A DNA stretch of 53,817 nt, filler included, from Sphacelaria rigidula (lineage: Eukaryota): NCBI GenBank assembly GCA_964200075.2. It is 5 parts of 5 records of this genome, joined end to end, with 100 filler letters (N's around TTAATTAATTAA, not from the genome) between each part and the next. Parts side by side here need not be neighbours in the genome. Positions count along the whole stretch, not along the records: positions 32,353 to 43,035 come from CAXNAA020006088.1; positions 43,136 to 53,817 come from CAXNAA020006089.1; 3 more parts are not named here. One strand, given 5' to 3'. The notes below the pieces were generated by a model, which was given only the letters and a program-made list of their open reading frames with translations, had not been told where the DNA came from and did no database searches. Each line of letters opens with the position of its first letter. Position 1 is the stretch's first letter. Both the position numbers and the translations under genes were made by a program. Positions 32,253-45,139 of this stretch are shown here, piece after piece.

Positions 32253-32352
32253 NNNNNNNNNNNNNNNNNNNNNNNNNNNNNNNNNNNNNNNNNNNNTTAA
32301 TTAATTAANNNNNNNNNNNNNNNNNNNNNNNNNNNNNNNNNNNNNNNNNNNN
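32253..32352. other. Artificial contig-joining spacer
   Basis: 44 N + TTAATTAATTAA + 44 N. Confidence 0.97.
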
Positions 32353-33628
32353 TGATTCAATATGCCTAAATCCCGATTTCCTCTCAGGCCGCAAAAGCGC
32401 AGACTCTATCGCAGCATCACTCAGTACCAAACCTGAGCCCGTACCTGGCCTGCAAAAACTGTTCCGTTTCTGACCGGCCCGGGTTTCAAATCGCCCGTTC
32501 TCACCTCAGTTTTGAAAGCTGGACTTCCACATTAGGTGCGGAGAATGATTACGGCATAGTGAAGACGTTCTTTTCTAATGAGTGATAGGCAATAGTCAAT
32601 CTCCAGGTTTCAGTGAAAAATGTCCCTTCACTCATGAAAAACAAACTCCCTGTCCCGACGTGTTTTTCTAGTATGCCCTGTTTATTCTCCTCAACAAATT
32701 TGTAAGTCTAACTCTCTCAAAATTGAGGTGACAAAAGGCCTGCAACGTACAGATCTGCTTTCAGGCTGGCCCGGCTCAAATAATTCAGCGGTACCTTTTT
32801 CGGCTGGTAGAGCTGTGCCTCATAACTGAGTCCACTAATGCGTTTATTGTGCTTTTGGTTCGAAGTAGAGTGATATCTGGATTGTTTCCCATGGCACCGG
32901 AATTGAGTTGACATGGGTCATGACTTACTCACCCCCCGGGATAAACCCTAGCCCAGTGTTACGCCCAGCGAAATCTGCTTTGTTTCTTTTAGGGAAAAAA
33001 GGGCCTTCGCGAGGAACGGTGGAAGATGGAAAATATCCCGATTCCGCGAGGACGGTCCGCACCTACCGTGCATGCAGCAGCGGCCCAGACGGCGTCGCCA
33101 AGGCGTAACGACAAGACGCGTAGACGATGAAGGTATGTTTATATACAGACAAGCAGCCCCTCTCACGGATTGCGACGGCAACGATGCTGTATCCAACGAG
33201 TTATGGCAGAACCCGCCCAGCCTAGGTGAACACCACACCCCCTCTGAAACCTCACCTCCGGTGCTATGGGAGAGCACCGCGCTCGCGTGACACCCGTGGT
33301 GGAAACACGGAGGACGGGGTCACCATCTAGACAGAGCGATCTTTCTATTGGACAAAGACTTGCTAAAATCCATCCGTGCTGTAAATGAAGCGAGTTCGCT
33401 GAAGTTTGAAAAAAATGAAATTTGGTCCGCAGCAGTACCAGTAGACCAAGGGAAATGTACGTAGACAATGGTTAGTACTCGATTTTACTCGGTTTCAGAC
33501 TCAAGAAAGTTCCGAGAAAATTCATGGTCTGGGGCAGGTGAGCAGTGGTGAGCGGTAGACCCAGCTCGTCCAGAACGTGTTTTGGCCCAAAATCAGCTGA
33601 AAGGCGTCGATTTGAGCTCTGGCAACGC

Positions 33629-33712
33629 ACACTTTGCCTAGGGAACCCCCTTGCCCGAGGGCCCTCGGTATGCCTTGGTCGGGGTTAGGGTTAGGGTTAG
33701 CGTTAGCGTTAG
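33629..33712 (-). repeat. Dispersed repeat end capped by telomere-like TTAGGG/TTAGCG units
   Basis: Reverse complement aligns to 50484-50563 and partly to 53774-53817 (taaccc...aacccaaggc..accgag). Confidence 0.65.
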
Positions 33713-36700
33713 AATTGGCGGCATCTCAATAGTACCAACCATTGTTTACGTACATTTCGGCAGGTCGCCTCAGCAGTACATGCATGCTCTGGAGTGCCAA
33801 CTGCGGTGCCAATACGTGCACGATGCACCCCAGTCAAGCACCCCTGCTCAGCCACGTACAGCACAGTACGGGATAGTACACCTCAGTTCTCGATAGTACA
33901 GTACAGTGTAGTGAAGTGCAGAGCAGCATGGAGTACTGTACATTGTGCGAAGTATAATTGTGGGTGCTGAAGCGCGTCGACTGCTAGAAACGCCGTTTGC
34001 AATGGTGGTGCCCAAGTGGCGGCTGCTTGCAAGAATCCAAAACTGCTGCCTGAGGTCGTCGGTTTTCGCGTATGTCCGTGGTTAGGTTGTCTTGAACGAT
34101 GAACATCGCTGCTATAATAGTGAGCCTATTGGCAACAGGAGCATGTTGGCGCACGTCGTGAACCTGCAGCGGATTCGAACGACACTCTACGTGGATCCAA
34201 ATCTTGGGGTTAACATGGACATATATCTGGAATTGTGACGTTGAAACTATACTACAGTACCACAAACGCATGCTGCCACCATTACATATGATGTGGAAAA
34301 ATCGCAACTCCGTGGACGTAGGCTGTCACAGAATGAGCACCGCGCGACGGCTGACGCATTGGATTTAATGCATTAAAATCCAACCCTCCACCCACGCATC
34401 CTCCGGGACATTAGCTCGCGGTAGATGTGGAGGATCCCCACGGCCCACTCACGCGATGCAGCCTCCGAACGTCTGCGTAGACGCTGGCTGGGGCAGTCAC
34501 AGCGTGACATATAACACCAAAACCGATGCCGAGGTAAGAGCGCTACGAGTCGCTTGCTGCAGGTATACCCTGGAAAGTGAAAAGTGGTGAAGGTGGGACG
34601 CTACTACTTGCTTAGCATGTGTTGCCGGTGGTGGTCCCGGCTTCTGAACACAAGCAAAGGCTCCTAGATTTTTGCATGTCGGAACTGCGCGTGAATCCAC
34701 GACCCCGACGCTCGCAATCTTGAACGGACCAAATAGCTAGCACATAGTCAAGAATTCACTGTTGTTCCATCTTCTCCTAATAGGCAGTGAAGCACTTTCG
34801 GCACTCGGGCCGCCATCCCGTCCAACACGTGCCACATCCTTCGTTGAGGCCACGTCTGAACATAAAGAATCCGGACCTACAGTACCGGTGGAACACCTCA
34901 GGAGAATCGCCGGGGGGCACGTCGGTGACGGGCGCGCAGCGCGAAATGGGCTCGGTCCCCCGTTTGACGGTAAATACGCGGCTACTGCGCTATTCATTGA
35001 CTCAGGGGCACCAGGAACAGTCGCTGGCGTGGGACTGGTGGAAAACCACGAGGTGGCGGGGGAATGTGGCGAGCGCTGCAGGGTCGGGGGTCAAGCGGGC
35101 GGGGAGGCGCGAGTCATCAACTCGCGAGCCCGTCGGCATCTCAATAACACACGGTGGAGGTTTCGCCGCTGCGCTTGACGACGAAGCGGCATCCACCCTG
35201 CGCGGAGGCGGGGGAGCTGTGGCCAGGAGACCCGTCAGGGTGGGGGCTTCAACTTCATCTTCGAAGGCGAGGAAAATACGTGCCCCGCCCAACTCCGGGA
35301 GACGCCCCCCCCCCACACATGCTCATGTATCGACGTCGTCGAGACGGAAGCGGAAATCCAGAGATCACCCGGAGATTGATAGCCTATGAGGCGCGTGGCT
35401 CCAGCAACAGAAGGCTGAATTTCAGCATAGCAAGCGGGCCAAGGAGGATCAACTTCGGGCATTAGACTCTCTCGGGACACCACCGACACCCGCATCCCCA
35501 GACCACGCCACACGAGAACCTCCTGGAGAATCGCCGGGAGAATTTTCTACACCGTCTGTGTATGGTAACAAGCGACTGGGCTCGCCATGTTCCTCGACGC
35601 CAACACCGTCTAGCGTATTCGCATCAAAATCGAAGCGCAAAAGGAAGGAGAAGGGCAGATATATTGCCAACGCCCAGGGCTACCCAGCGCCTGTTCCTGA
35701 CGCTGGAAGCTTTCCATCATGAGGTGATAGCACAGGAGCCATCCAATGCGGCTAATAGCGAGGTGAGAGGGGATAGGAAGGGGCAGACACCATCTCAAAA
35801 CGACGCTTGGCGTGAACATTATGCGCGTGATGAAAAAAGGAGGACGCCGACGATAAGGGGTAGTTCAGAAGATCCTTCTGGCAATCACGATAGCCGTAAC
35901 AGGGAGCAGTCGGCGCCGGCAGAATCATATACGGTGAGCGGCATCAGGGTGCGCGGAGGGCGGATGCGGGGCTGTGGTCATGATGTATGTGGCATCACAT
36001 TACCGCTTGTCGACGGCGAATGATACAGGTGCTCGCCTTGCCGTCAGCTACACGACCCGGCATTGCGGCTGTGCGGCGCGCACCACAAGCCGGGTCCCGG
36101 CCACGGTCGGTTGTGGTGTCATCTCGGTGCTACACAATTGGCAGAGGCTCAGCTATTTTTGGACTTGCGTGCCGATGGCAAAAGCGTGTGCCCCCCGGCG
36201 GTTCTCCAGGATTACCGACTAGTTCAGATTGCTTATGCGGCCGGTCTGATTATTTTTTGCGTTCCTTCGAGCGACACAAGCGCAACAGCGACAGGCAAAC
36301 CGCCAAATCCCGCCGTTCGCGTTGCCCCACACCCGTAACGGTGGGCTTAACTCCTGACCCCCTGCCGAGCCGCAGTTCATGGAATAAGTACACGAGAAAG
36401 TCATCGCAAGCCTTCAGTTCGGTCTACTCGTGAGGCTGGAGGATGTCCAGTCGTGGCTGACGGGAGCTAGGAACACCGCAAAGGCTCGGAGTGTGGGGGA
36501 CAACCGCACCAGAAAGCAGGCGAAAAGTAACATCCACCTGCGGTGACGTTCGGCACAGCCAACGCCAAGGTGAAAGAGGTGAGCGGGACTGAGCGTGCTA
36601 CAGGCGACGGCCGGCGCCGGTTCGTCTAAGCCGTGCCTTCGACAGTTGCATCCGATAACGCCGCGGCGGTTGATATCGAAGTTCGCGACATGAGTGCTAG

Positions 36701-37296
36701 AGCGCAAGAACTTGAGCGTCGGGCCCCACACGTCAACTGCTAGCTCGAAAATGGCCCGCCTCTAGAATCCGCGCTAAGGCGGGTTACAACTGAAGGGTCG
36801 GCGGAGGAGAAACGGGCTATGGTCACAGCGGCCGGGAAAAATTGCGGTTTGCTTGACGATCTCATGTGTCGGTGTTGGAGCGCCATCTTTGAGCCATGAA
36901 GATCCGAGCAGGTACAATATCCCACCATCAGAAGGCATGAGAAAGTGTTGATGCAATCCGAGATACAAAAGTGCAACGACTACATGGAGGGAGATGGGGG
37001 ATGATCCCCAGAGGCAACGGAATTATTGAATTATTCTGGAAAAGGGTTAGGGTGCGAAGTTTGTGGGGAAACATATGAGCAAGCGGGGTGTAATATCCAT
37101 GCTATCCGCCCTCTCTTCGCCTCATGGTCGAATTGGATGCCATGCCAACGATGCGGAGGGAGCCAGAGGTATTCAAATATTTCTTCATGCAGTTGGACTC
37201 CACGGAGGATAATTGACCGTCTTGCCGACATTAGGCGCGTGGATGAGAGAGGCGTGGCGGCGACATGTGCGGTCGCCAGCGATGAGGGGACGTTTC

Positions 37297-38287
37297 TAGG
37301 CTTCTACTCATTATGCTAGTAAGGTCACTTTTTTATGCTAGTAATCTCAACAAAAATTATGCTCGAAAAGTGGAATTTATGCTCGATTATGCTCGTAATA
37401 CCCGGCAAGGACGCCATTTTCGACCGGATACAGACCCACCGATCACCATATGCATGTTATATACATACGAAATACTACCTGCCTGCATTAGGACCCTTGA
37501 GTGCCGTATTTTCCGGTTGTCGTACACGGTGCATCAATGTATATCATTGCGCACCACATGTACGACATCTTGGTGTATCTGCCGCCCCCCCACTGCCCCA
37601 TAGATAAGACATATGGCAGGCATCCTGCTGATTCGAATATCCGTCACGATCTGGCACAACTAATGTACGTCGCGCGCATCCTGCGAAGGTCGATGCAGAT
37701 GCATCTCGTCATACTCAAAGTGACAAGTCACGACACCACATGACGTGTTCACTCGTCGTCTGTCCCATGTCGAGGAGCTCGTGTCCAAGGACAACGACAA
37801 ACGAAAAACTGACATTTAATTGATGAATGATTTTTAGATTGATTGTCTCGCATGCACCGATCCGCTTCTAATTCAGCCAAGGTCGCAAGATGGGTACAAC
37901 CCGGGAAACAAGGTGCAAAAGAGGAAACACACAAAGGGGTAGAAATTGGTGAAAATACTGGAGAAGACGAGAAGAATAAAGTAGCCGGAGAAAGTACAGA
38001 ACCAAAACACACAAAAAACAAATGGGGAGCCAAGATAAGAAATATACATACGTGGGGTTCCCACCTACCCCCCATATCCCACATTCAAACGGTCCCGAGG
38101 TTGATTGATTGACTGATTATCTCACATTAGCTGATTGCAACAATCCAGCCCGTGGCCAGGAGCAGCAAAAAAAAAAAAGAGAATAATAATAAAAATACAA
38201 AAAATAAAGAAAGGAACAGAAAAACGACAGAAGCAACGGCCTCAGAAAGGAAAGAAAGGGTGCAGCGGTGACAACAAAAAAAACACC

Positions 38288-38337
<50 letters not shown>

Positions 38338-38502
38338 ACAACCACAGCAGTAACAACAAAATAACGAAAAACACAAAGACAAACACAAGCATGAACAAAG
38401 ACAAAAAGGATGATAATCGCGCATTACGCAGCTGATTGCAACACTCCAGCTCGTAATCAGAAACAAAAAGGAGAAACATGAAATAAAAATGAAATGAAGG
38501 AA

Positions 38503-38563
<61 letters not shown>

Positions 38564-38997
38564 GAACGTAAAACTGAGATGCCCTTCATTTAAGTTCTTC
38601 GAATACATGCCAAGCAATACGCTGGTACCCTTTGCTTCGCTTCTTTACAACAGAACTGCAACGTTTCCCACTCGCCATTCACCATCCATCATCCACCATC
38701 CACCATCACCCACCACTACACCCTGCGATCGATCACACTGGCAGTTTGAATGTCTAGTTCCAAACCATACACGTATTTCAGACCCGCGGTCGATGATAGC
38801 ACGGTTTTTCGCCCAAAATATCACAGCAGGCCAGCATGTGGATCAGTATTCCCATCCCTATGGTGAAAAATTATGCTCGATTATGCTTCTGACATGGAAA
38901 TTATGCTATTTATGCTAATTGCTGAAACGCTATGCTATTTATGCTACCAAGGTGGAATTGTCCCAGAAATTATGCTAGCATGATAAGTAGAATCCCA
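37297..38997. mobile_element. Non-autonomous hAT element (1.7 kb)
   Basis: Perfect 8-bp TSD GACGTTTC (37289-37296, 38998-39005); TIRs taggcttctactcattatgctag / ctagcatgataagtagaatccca; many subterminal TTATGCT motifs; contains (CAA)n and (TAA)n tracts. Confidence 0.9.
38280..38562. repeat. (CAC)n/(CAA)n and (TAA)n microsatellites
   Basis: Direct reading of 38284-38340 and 38504-38562. Confidence 0.95.
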
Positions 38998-39554
38998 GAC
39001 GTTTCGGTTCATGTACCATGTCATCCGAAGTGATCCCAGACAGTATCCCTGGCTCAGGACATATGTGGGTGATTGGCATCTCCTGTACCACATGGCGACG
39101 GCAAAAATCAAGCGATACTGGGGAGCGGGGATAGAGCACATCGATGCTGCGCTTGGTTTAGACGGGAGTGAAGCAACGGAGGCTAGTAACTACAGGGTGG
39201 ACACCATACCATCAGCGTGTTCTTCGAAGCAATGCCGGAGCGCCACCGGTGCCGCTGGACGCCACCCCTGAAAGTCCACTTGTCACAAGGAGGGAATAAA
39301 AGCCGCGAGCAGAGAGACGGTGGAGCTGAAACGGGACAACGTTGTATTTAACCCGTCTAGCCACATATATATATCGAAAGATCTGGGAACGTGCAAACTC
39401 AGAGGTGCTCATGCAATCCGGCCAAGGCGGCGCAAAGGCAGCACAGATGCAAATGCTGCAGGTGTTTGGGGAATCGCTCTGCGGTTGCCAAGGCCGCTGC
39501 TTCTTGCCTTCGGCCTCTTCGTTAGCGACCGGCGATATTCCCACTGTTGATACC

Positions 39555-39790
39555 GACGGCGAGATCGGCGGGAAGGGCAGATCGATGGCGAACGATGGAG
39601 GGGTAGGATCGACGGCGGATGGTGGAAGGGGCGGATCCATGGCAAACGACCGAATCAGCGTTGGACGGTGGAAGGAGCGGATCCACGGCGGGTGGGGAGC
39701 GGATCCGCGGCGGTACGTGGAAGGGGCGGATAAACTGCGGGCGATGAAAGGGACGGGTCAACGGCGAACGATAGAGGGGGCGAGGCCAAT
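39555..39790. repeat. Degenerate ~24-bp tandem repeat
   Basis: Units like ggtggaaggggcggatccacggc; produces spurious long ORFs. Confidence 0.7.
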
Positions 39791-42607
39791 GGAGCGAGCA
39801 ACGCGTCGGGGGCAGCTGAATCGGATCCGGGCAGGGGTCCGACAAGTAGCACTGATGGCGACGGCGGAGTCGATGAATCCATCGGTCGCGGGTCCAATCT
39901 TTCAGCCAGAATCTGGATTAGAGATCCAGATTCCGAATGCAGCGGGTCGGAGAGAGAAGACACCGCGTCGGAAGCGGGCAATGACTATGATAATAAATTT
40001 GATTTTGGAATAAGCCTGGAGGGATGATTTTGAGGCGTTATTTCTGTACACATTCAGTGACCATGATGAGGATTTCGCGTCTCGAGGGATCTCGTACAGA
40101 ATTCTTGAGGCATTTGTTTCTGTACATGGGTTGACAGCATACGTCTGCGACATTCAAATTTGTCTTCTCCAGGACGTAGCCGTTGACCGTGCCTCGTGTA
40201 CATGGCAGTGGTGATTGGTGCATGGTGCGATGCGCCATTGGATGTATCCTGTGTATGTGGGTTGGTCTGGGGCAGACCTTGAGCGAATCGCTGATTGTGC
40301 GCGACTGGCAGTATTTCATCGCAATCGAACATTTTTGTCGACGCGAAAACATCAATCTCCGCGGAATAACGGTGAGCATCTCTGTATTTTTTAATACTGT
40401 CGAGCACTGTCAACGCGCGTGCAACGACTGTGCTTGTTGGGCGGTATCGACTCCGATCTGGCAGCCTTCGTCCTCATCCAGTGAAATCGTCACGACCAAT
40501 ATGCTAGGCATTTGAGAAGAAAGCAACGTGGACTTCAGGTCTTCATCACTCTTTCATCGACATACTTCACCCGGAACCATCTGCGCCGAACCCGATTTTC
40601 GATGTGACTACCTATCTTCCCACTCACACGTCGGTGTCATTTCCGCAGTATCACCGTGTGATGCCCAGAGGTTTTGGTCTCGCGGGCGCCAAGATCTGTC
40701 GGCAGGACGTGAGCGGGTGCACGTTGTACCTTGCGCGGCCATGGCAGAGGATGCTTCACGCGCTATCCCAGACAGCTGCGTGGACAAGGCTGCAACGTAT
40801 TTCGTACCGACGACCGACGTTGATGTTTGCATGTATGACTGCAGATTGTATGACGATAGATAATACCCCCAAGCAAATGAAAATCCTGAACGCGGCGCAA
40901 TTACCGTCTGCTCATTTCGGATACCAGCAACGATCTGACGCGCTTTTACGTCGCATTTTATATGTTGTAAAGCCCCCCACTCAGATCGCAATATCTCAAC
41001 ACATACTGCAGGTGCAGAGATAAATTAAGTTGCTCTGTGTACGAGCTAAGACACATGCCTACTCGTACCAGTCTCAAGACTGGCACCGCAGACCCCAGCC
41101 GTAAATGAAAAAAAAATAGGGCAAAGTTTAGGTAATTCACTTCAAATGTTGCACTATCCCGTGGTTCGATTGGTGCTATATTTATCTTGAACGATGGAAG
41201 CTAGCTACCTGTACCTCCCTCTTCACTTTGAGCTTTCGGTCACTCGTGCTGAGCGAGTAGTCTTCGATCGCGTGTCGGTCGGGCATTGGAAAATGACTGG
41301 CTCGTACATATTTCCTCATCTGTCCGGAAGGGCTATCCATCACCGGTCTGCGTGGTGTACTCGGTCATTTTGAGACAGACTTCAATGAGGGCACCCGTTG
41401 AGATACATACTACAGCTGCGTATCACCACCATTGCCATTCATCGCTCTTCTCACCTCTTTAGCTGTGTCGCGCCTCAATTTTGAGGTGGTGGTGAAAAAC
41501 GTGACACTCAACTGGGCGTAACACTGGAGCCCCAGTTCTGCCATAGCCTAGGTTTCATGACCCTGTTCGTTGAGGACCGGCTGGGTCCGACTGACAACAA
41601 TCGTAACCGGCCGTGCGTTTACAAACAGCGCGAGTACCGCAGCGCAAAAAACTAACAGGCCACCCGTGGCACCCGATGTAAGTGAAGCCCAGCCATGTGC
41701 ATTGTATTGTGGGGTGTCCAAATTACAAATTACAGGCGGCCACCACTTGCACAACTGACTCTTGTGTATCAGGCAAGATACAGCAGAGCACAGAGCATTA
41801 CAATGCAACAGTACAGGGCGATGCAATCGCACATCAGACTGGTCGAGTGCAATCAACACCCTACACTCTTGATATACCCTGGCTATTAAAGTACGCTAAA
41901 CCCTAACAACCATCTTTCCCGAACGCCGCTGTTCAGGTTCGAAATACCTTTGCAGCGGCGAGGGTGGTGGGGGGGGTGTTATATTCCGTTACCTGCAGAT
42001 AGTACTTGTACAGACAAGCATGAATTTTGAACGAGGACAGCAAACACTACAGACAGCACAGTACCGGACCTTGCCACAGATGGCAACAGGAGAGCCCTGC
42101 ATTTTTTTCACCATGCGCCAACACAACATAATGAGGACAAACCAAGCTGGAGTAAACTCGTTTTCCTTTCATCAGCGCAGCTAGCGAACCAAGCCAAAAC
42201 AGAGCATTTGCTGCTACCGAAGTCTTCTACATTCAACTCTGCCGTGAAAATGCGCGGGAAGTTGCAGACTTGCTTGATTCACTCATGCTCTTAGTTGATC
42301 CTACCTCTCTGTCTCGAAGCTGAGCCATGTACAGGCGAGCGCCGCCAGGGTCTTCCCCATTTATCCCGTCTATCAGACGCTCTACTTTCAGCATGATATC
42401 CTCCATCTTCCCCCCTCCCTCCCCCGTTATTCAGCTGTCAAGGGGCAGTAATACAGTCCCTGCCTGTCTTGCCGACCGCATCACTTTTTTTCTCGTTGTA
42501 TCATACGTGCCTATTTGTTGATCAAATATTTCCCCTCTCCATTCAGACTCGCCGGTCATCCCGGCGGCTCAGTTGGTATCACTGTTAGGACGAATCATCA
42601 TGACTAA

Positions 42608-42832
42608 GAATCCCCAAATTCACGATTTCTTCGGCCTGATTGCCCAAAAGGGAGACAAAAGTTGATCGCTGGTCCAAGGGGTATTCACACAACTTTTGCG
42701 CCATTCCACGTATCTGGGCTACGTGTACCTGGGTTGCAACGCCGAAATAAAGCCTAGGGATTGATTCGTCACGAGTCGAATTATCATACTAAAACCAAGT
42801 AATTCCCAGACGAATCATTTTTTGTCCGACCC
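42608..42832 (-). repeat. Dispersed ~250-bp repeat, copy 2
   Basis: Reverse complement of the 467-724 family. Confidence 0.8.
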
Positions 42833-42835
42833 TTG

Positions 42836-43035
42836 GTTGGTATGTATGTGTGTGTTGTCGTCCCATTTACTCTGGGCACCAGTCTACCCTTTCGAGATAT
42901 GTGGGTGCATCAGCCGGGGGTCACACAGGAGGAAGATCAACACGGGAGTTTTTTCTTTTTTATTTGTTTCTAGTACCCCACCTTCCTTCTGCGATGCTTG
43001 CCCTTCTTTTTTTATCGCGAGAAGTCTTCAGCCCC
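42836..43035 (-). mobile_element. SINE 3' half, cut by the contig end
   Basis: cagccgggggtcacacaggaggaagatcaacacgggag... matches the SINE body. Confidence 0.8.
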
Positions 43036-43135
43036 NNNNNNNNNNNNNNNNNNNNNNNNNNNNNNNNNNNNNNNNNNNNTTAATTAATTAANNNNNNNNN
43101 NNNNNNNNNNNNNNNNNNNNNNNNNNNNNNNNNNN
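43036..43135. other. Artificial contig-joining spacer
   Basis: 44 N + TTAATTAATTAA + 44 N. Confidence 0.97.
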
Positions 43136-43203
43136 TGGGGGGGGTGTTCCTCCCCCAAAGGGGTGGAAAGTTCAGCGGGATACTTATTTGAAGAAGACAC
43201 AAA

Positions 43204-43234
<31 letters not shown>

Positions 43235-43256
43235 ATACATATCTTCCTTGCAACAG

Positions 43257-43500
43257 AAGCAAAACCCCATTCCGGCGACAACAACGTTGGAGACTCAAAC
43301 AGCAACAACAACGGCAGCAGCAGCAGCTCGCATGGCGCACATGGCCCACGCTGGGCTAGGTGGTTGGAAACCATGTGCCCTATCGTGTGCCTCTGTGGCC
43401 CTCTGGTGCTGACGATCAAGTGTTTGACAAGGTTGATCTCGGGGCCCGTTGCGGGCGGGGTGCGCGGGCTGAGCACGCCGTGGTTTTGGGCAGCCATTGG
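43257..43500 (+). CDS. Probable internal exon of a membrane protein (possibly the N-terminal region of the ABCB gene)
   Basis: caacag| ... |gtaaga; open frame ending CPIVCLCGPLVLTIKCLTRL...STPWFWAAIG. Link to the 52270 exon is inference. Confidence 0.5.
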
Positions 43501-44683
43501 GTAAGACAGACTTTTTTTTTTCTGTTTTTTTCCTCGTCCTCCTTCTTTAATGTGATCGTTCTCCCCAACAACCATATTTTCCCCTGGCTTGCTTGCCGTA
43601 CTTAATTTTTCAATGAAAGTAAGCTCCACTACTGGGCGTCCTTTTGTTTTGTATTTTTCGGTTTATTGAAATGATTTTGTCGTCTCCGTTTAGTCCCGTC
43701 TTCGTTGTTCAAAAAGCCTCTCTCCCCGTCCCCCTCTTAGGTCAATGGTCACATAACCACGGCATGCAAGACCATCAGCACCCCCCCATCCTCTCCCTTC
43801 CCCCCTCTCCCTCTCTCCTTCTTTCCACGGAAAATAACAATATTCGGTGCTACGGTCCGATATGTAAATCAAAACAATTGAGTTGCACTTCCCCGTGCAG
43901 GGACTATCACTTCTAATCCTCGTTTTTTTTTTCCCCTAGTGTTATTTCTTCGGCATACTTGATTCATTGCTGTTGATACTGTTGTGCATCCGATCGAGAC
44001 ACTCGATGTTTCCTCTTTCTATGCGTTATTGGTGTTCAATAAGAACGGCCATGCTCCAACCGCAGATAGAGGGTACCGAGCTGTGTCGGGTGTGTCCTGG
44101 TTGGTTCCTGGAATGTAGTGTGGAGCGCACATGGGGTTTGTGCCCCATACCGCACAGCAGAGAGTCAGGAAAAAACGATACACATGCGAGCAAGGGGGTT
44201 CAGGATAGGTGGGGTTTAGGACTGAATATGCGGAAAACCCAGTGACTACCGTTTTGTAGTTGGGAAAAAATATGAAAAAAAATAATCCATTTGAAGTTGA
44301 CATCAAAATTTTTCCACAAAATCCCTTCAATTTTTTGCCATGGAGCTGTATTTTGGCGTCTCGTCCGTACGTTTTTTTTCGCGTTCAGTGCGCTAATGTA
44401 ATGTACGTGCTCATCCTTATTTCTGTTCAGGCATGTACCGTTTCGCTGAGCAGTATTTTTGGCGTGTAGGGAGGAGAAGGAGCGTATGCGGTTGGCTCCC
44501 TGAAGCTGTGCGAGGGGAAGCACCACGTGAAAGTTGTCCAGGGCACCGTGTTGGCACCACCTTGACAATATCGACAACGTGTGGTGCCGACTGCTCATCG
44601 TTTTATTATTACAACTGTTATCATTGTGTGTCGTTTTTAGTATGTACATACACATTATTATTTCCTATTTTCCTATTTATTAA

Positions 44684-44885
44684 CCTTTTTGGGACCGGAC
44701 TCCCAGAAACATGGTGTTTGCACGCAGGGACTTTTTGTGAATTGGCATAATTTTTACTTGAAAACGACCAAAGATGATACCGACTAAGAAAAAAGGACCT
44801 TTGCAACGACTAACGATGATACCGATAAACAAAAAGAACCCCTGCGTGCAAACACCATATTTCTGGGAATCCGGTCCCAAGAGGG
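44684..44885. mobile_element. piggyBac-type MITE (202 bp)
   Basis: TTAA|CCTTTTTGGGACCGGACTCCCAGAAA ... TTTCTGGGAATCCGGTCCCAAGAGGG|TTGA; ~65-bp TIRs. Confidence 0.8.
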
Positions 44886-45139
44886 TTGATAGCGTGAATG
44901 TCTCTCCGCTCCATAAATCAATCAGTACAAGCGTGTCCGGAAAATCCATACTCAATCCAAGTAAAAAATGATCCTTCCCGGGACAGTTTTTATCCCTTTA
45001 CCACCACTACTGACCACCCTGGGGGTGACTGTATATATGGACAAGCCCAACCTTGAATGCATAGACAGGACGGCCAAGGCTGCAAGGGCTAACGATGGAT
45101 TAAATACGCGTAGAGAAACAAGCGGTAGGAACTACTGCG

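Larger units (their letters stand above)
36060..40700 (+). pseudogene. Decayed Academ-like (DUF6589-type) transposase, interrupted by insertions; boundaries approximate
   Basis: After removing the hAT insertion the frame reads AVASDEGTFRFMYHVIRSDPRQYPWLRTYVGDWHLLYHMATAKIKRYWGAGIEH...SNYR (D...GDWH motif). Downstream CDYLSS (~40603) resembles an XPG/H3TH GCDYxS motif. Family assignment is from recalled motifs. Confidence 0.5.

Noticed and set aside
39212-40013. Long overlapping ORFs (142-223 aa)
   Set aside because: Mostly produced by a GC-rich tandem repeat lacking stop codons.
33683-41907. TTAGGG tract and inverted CCCTAA tract as the TIRs of the Academ-like element, or as a true telomere
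   Set aside because: Similarity is limited to ~15 bp of simple repeat, and both tracts are short and internal.
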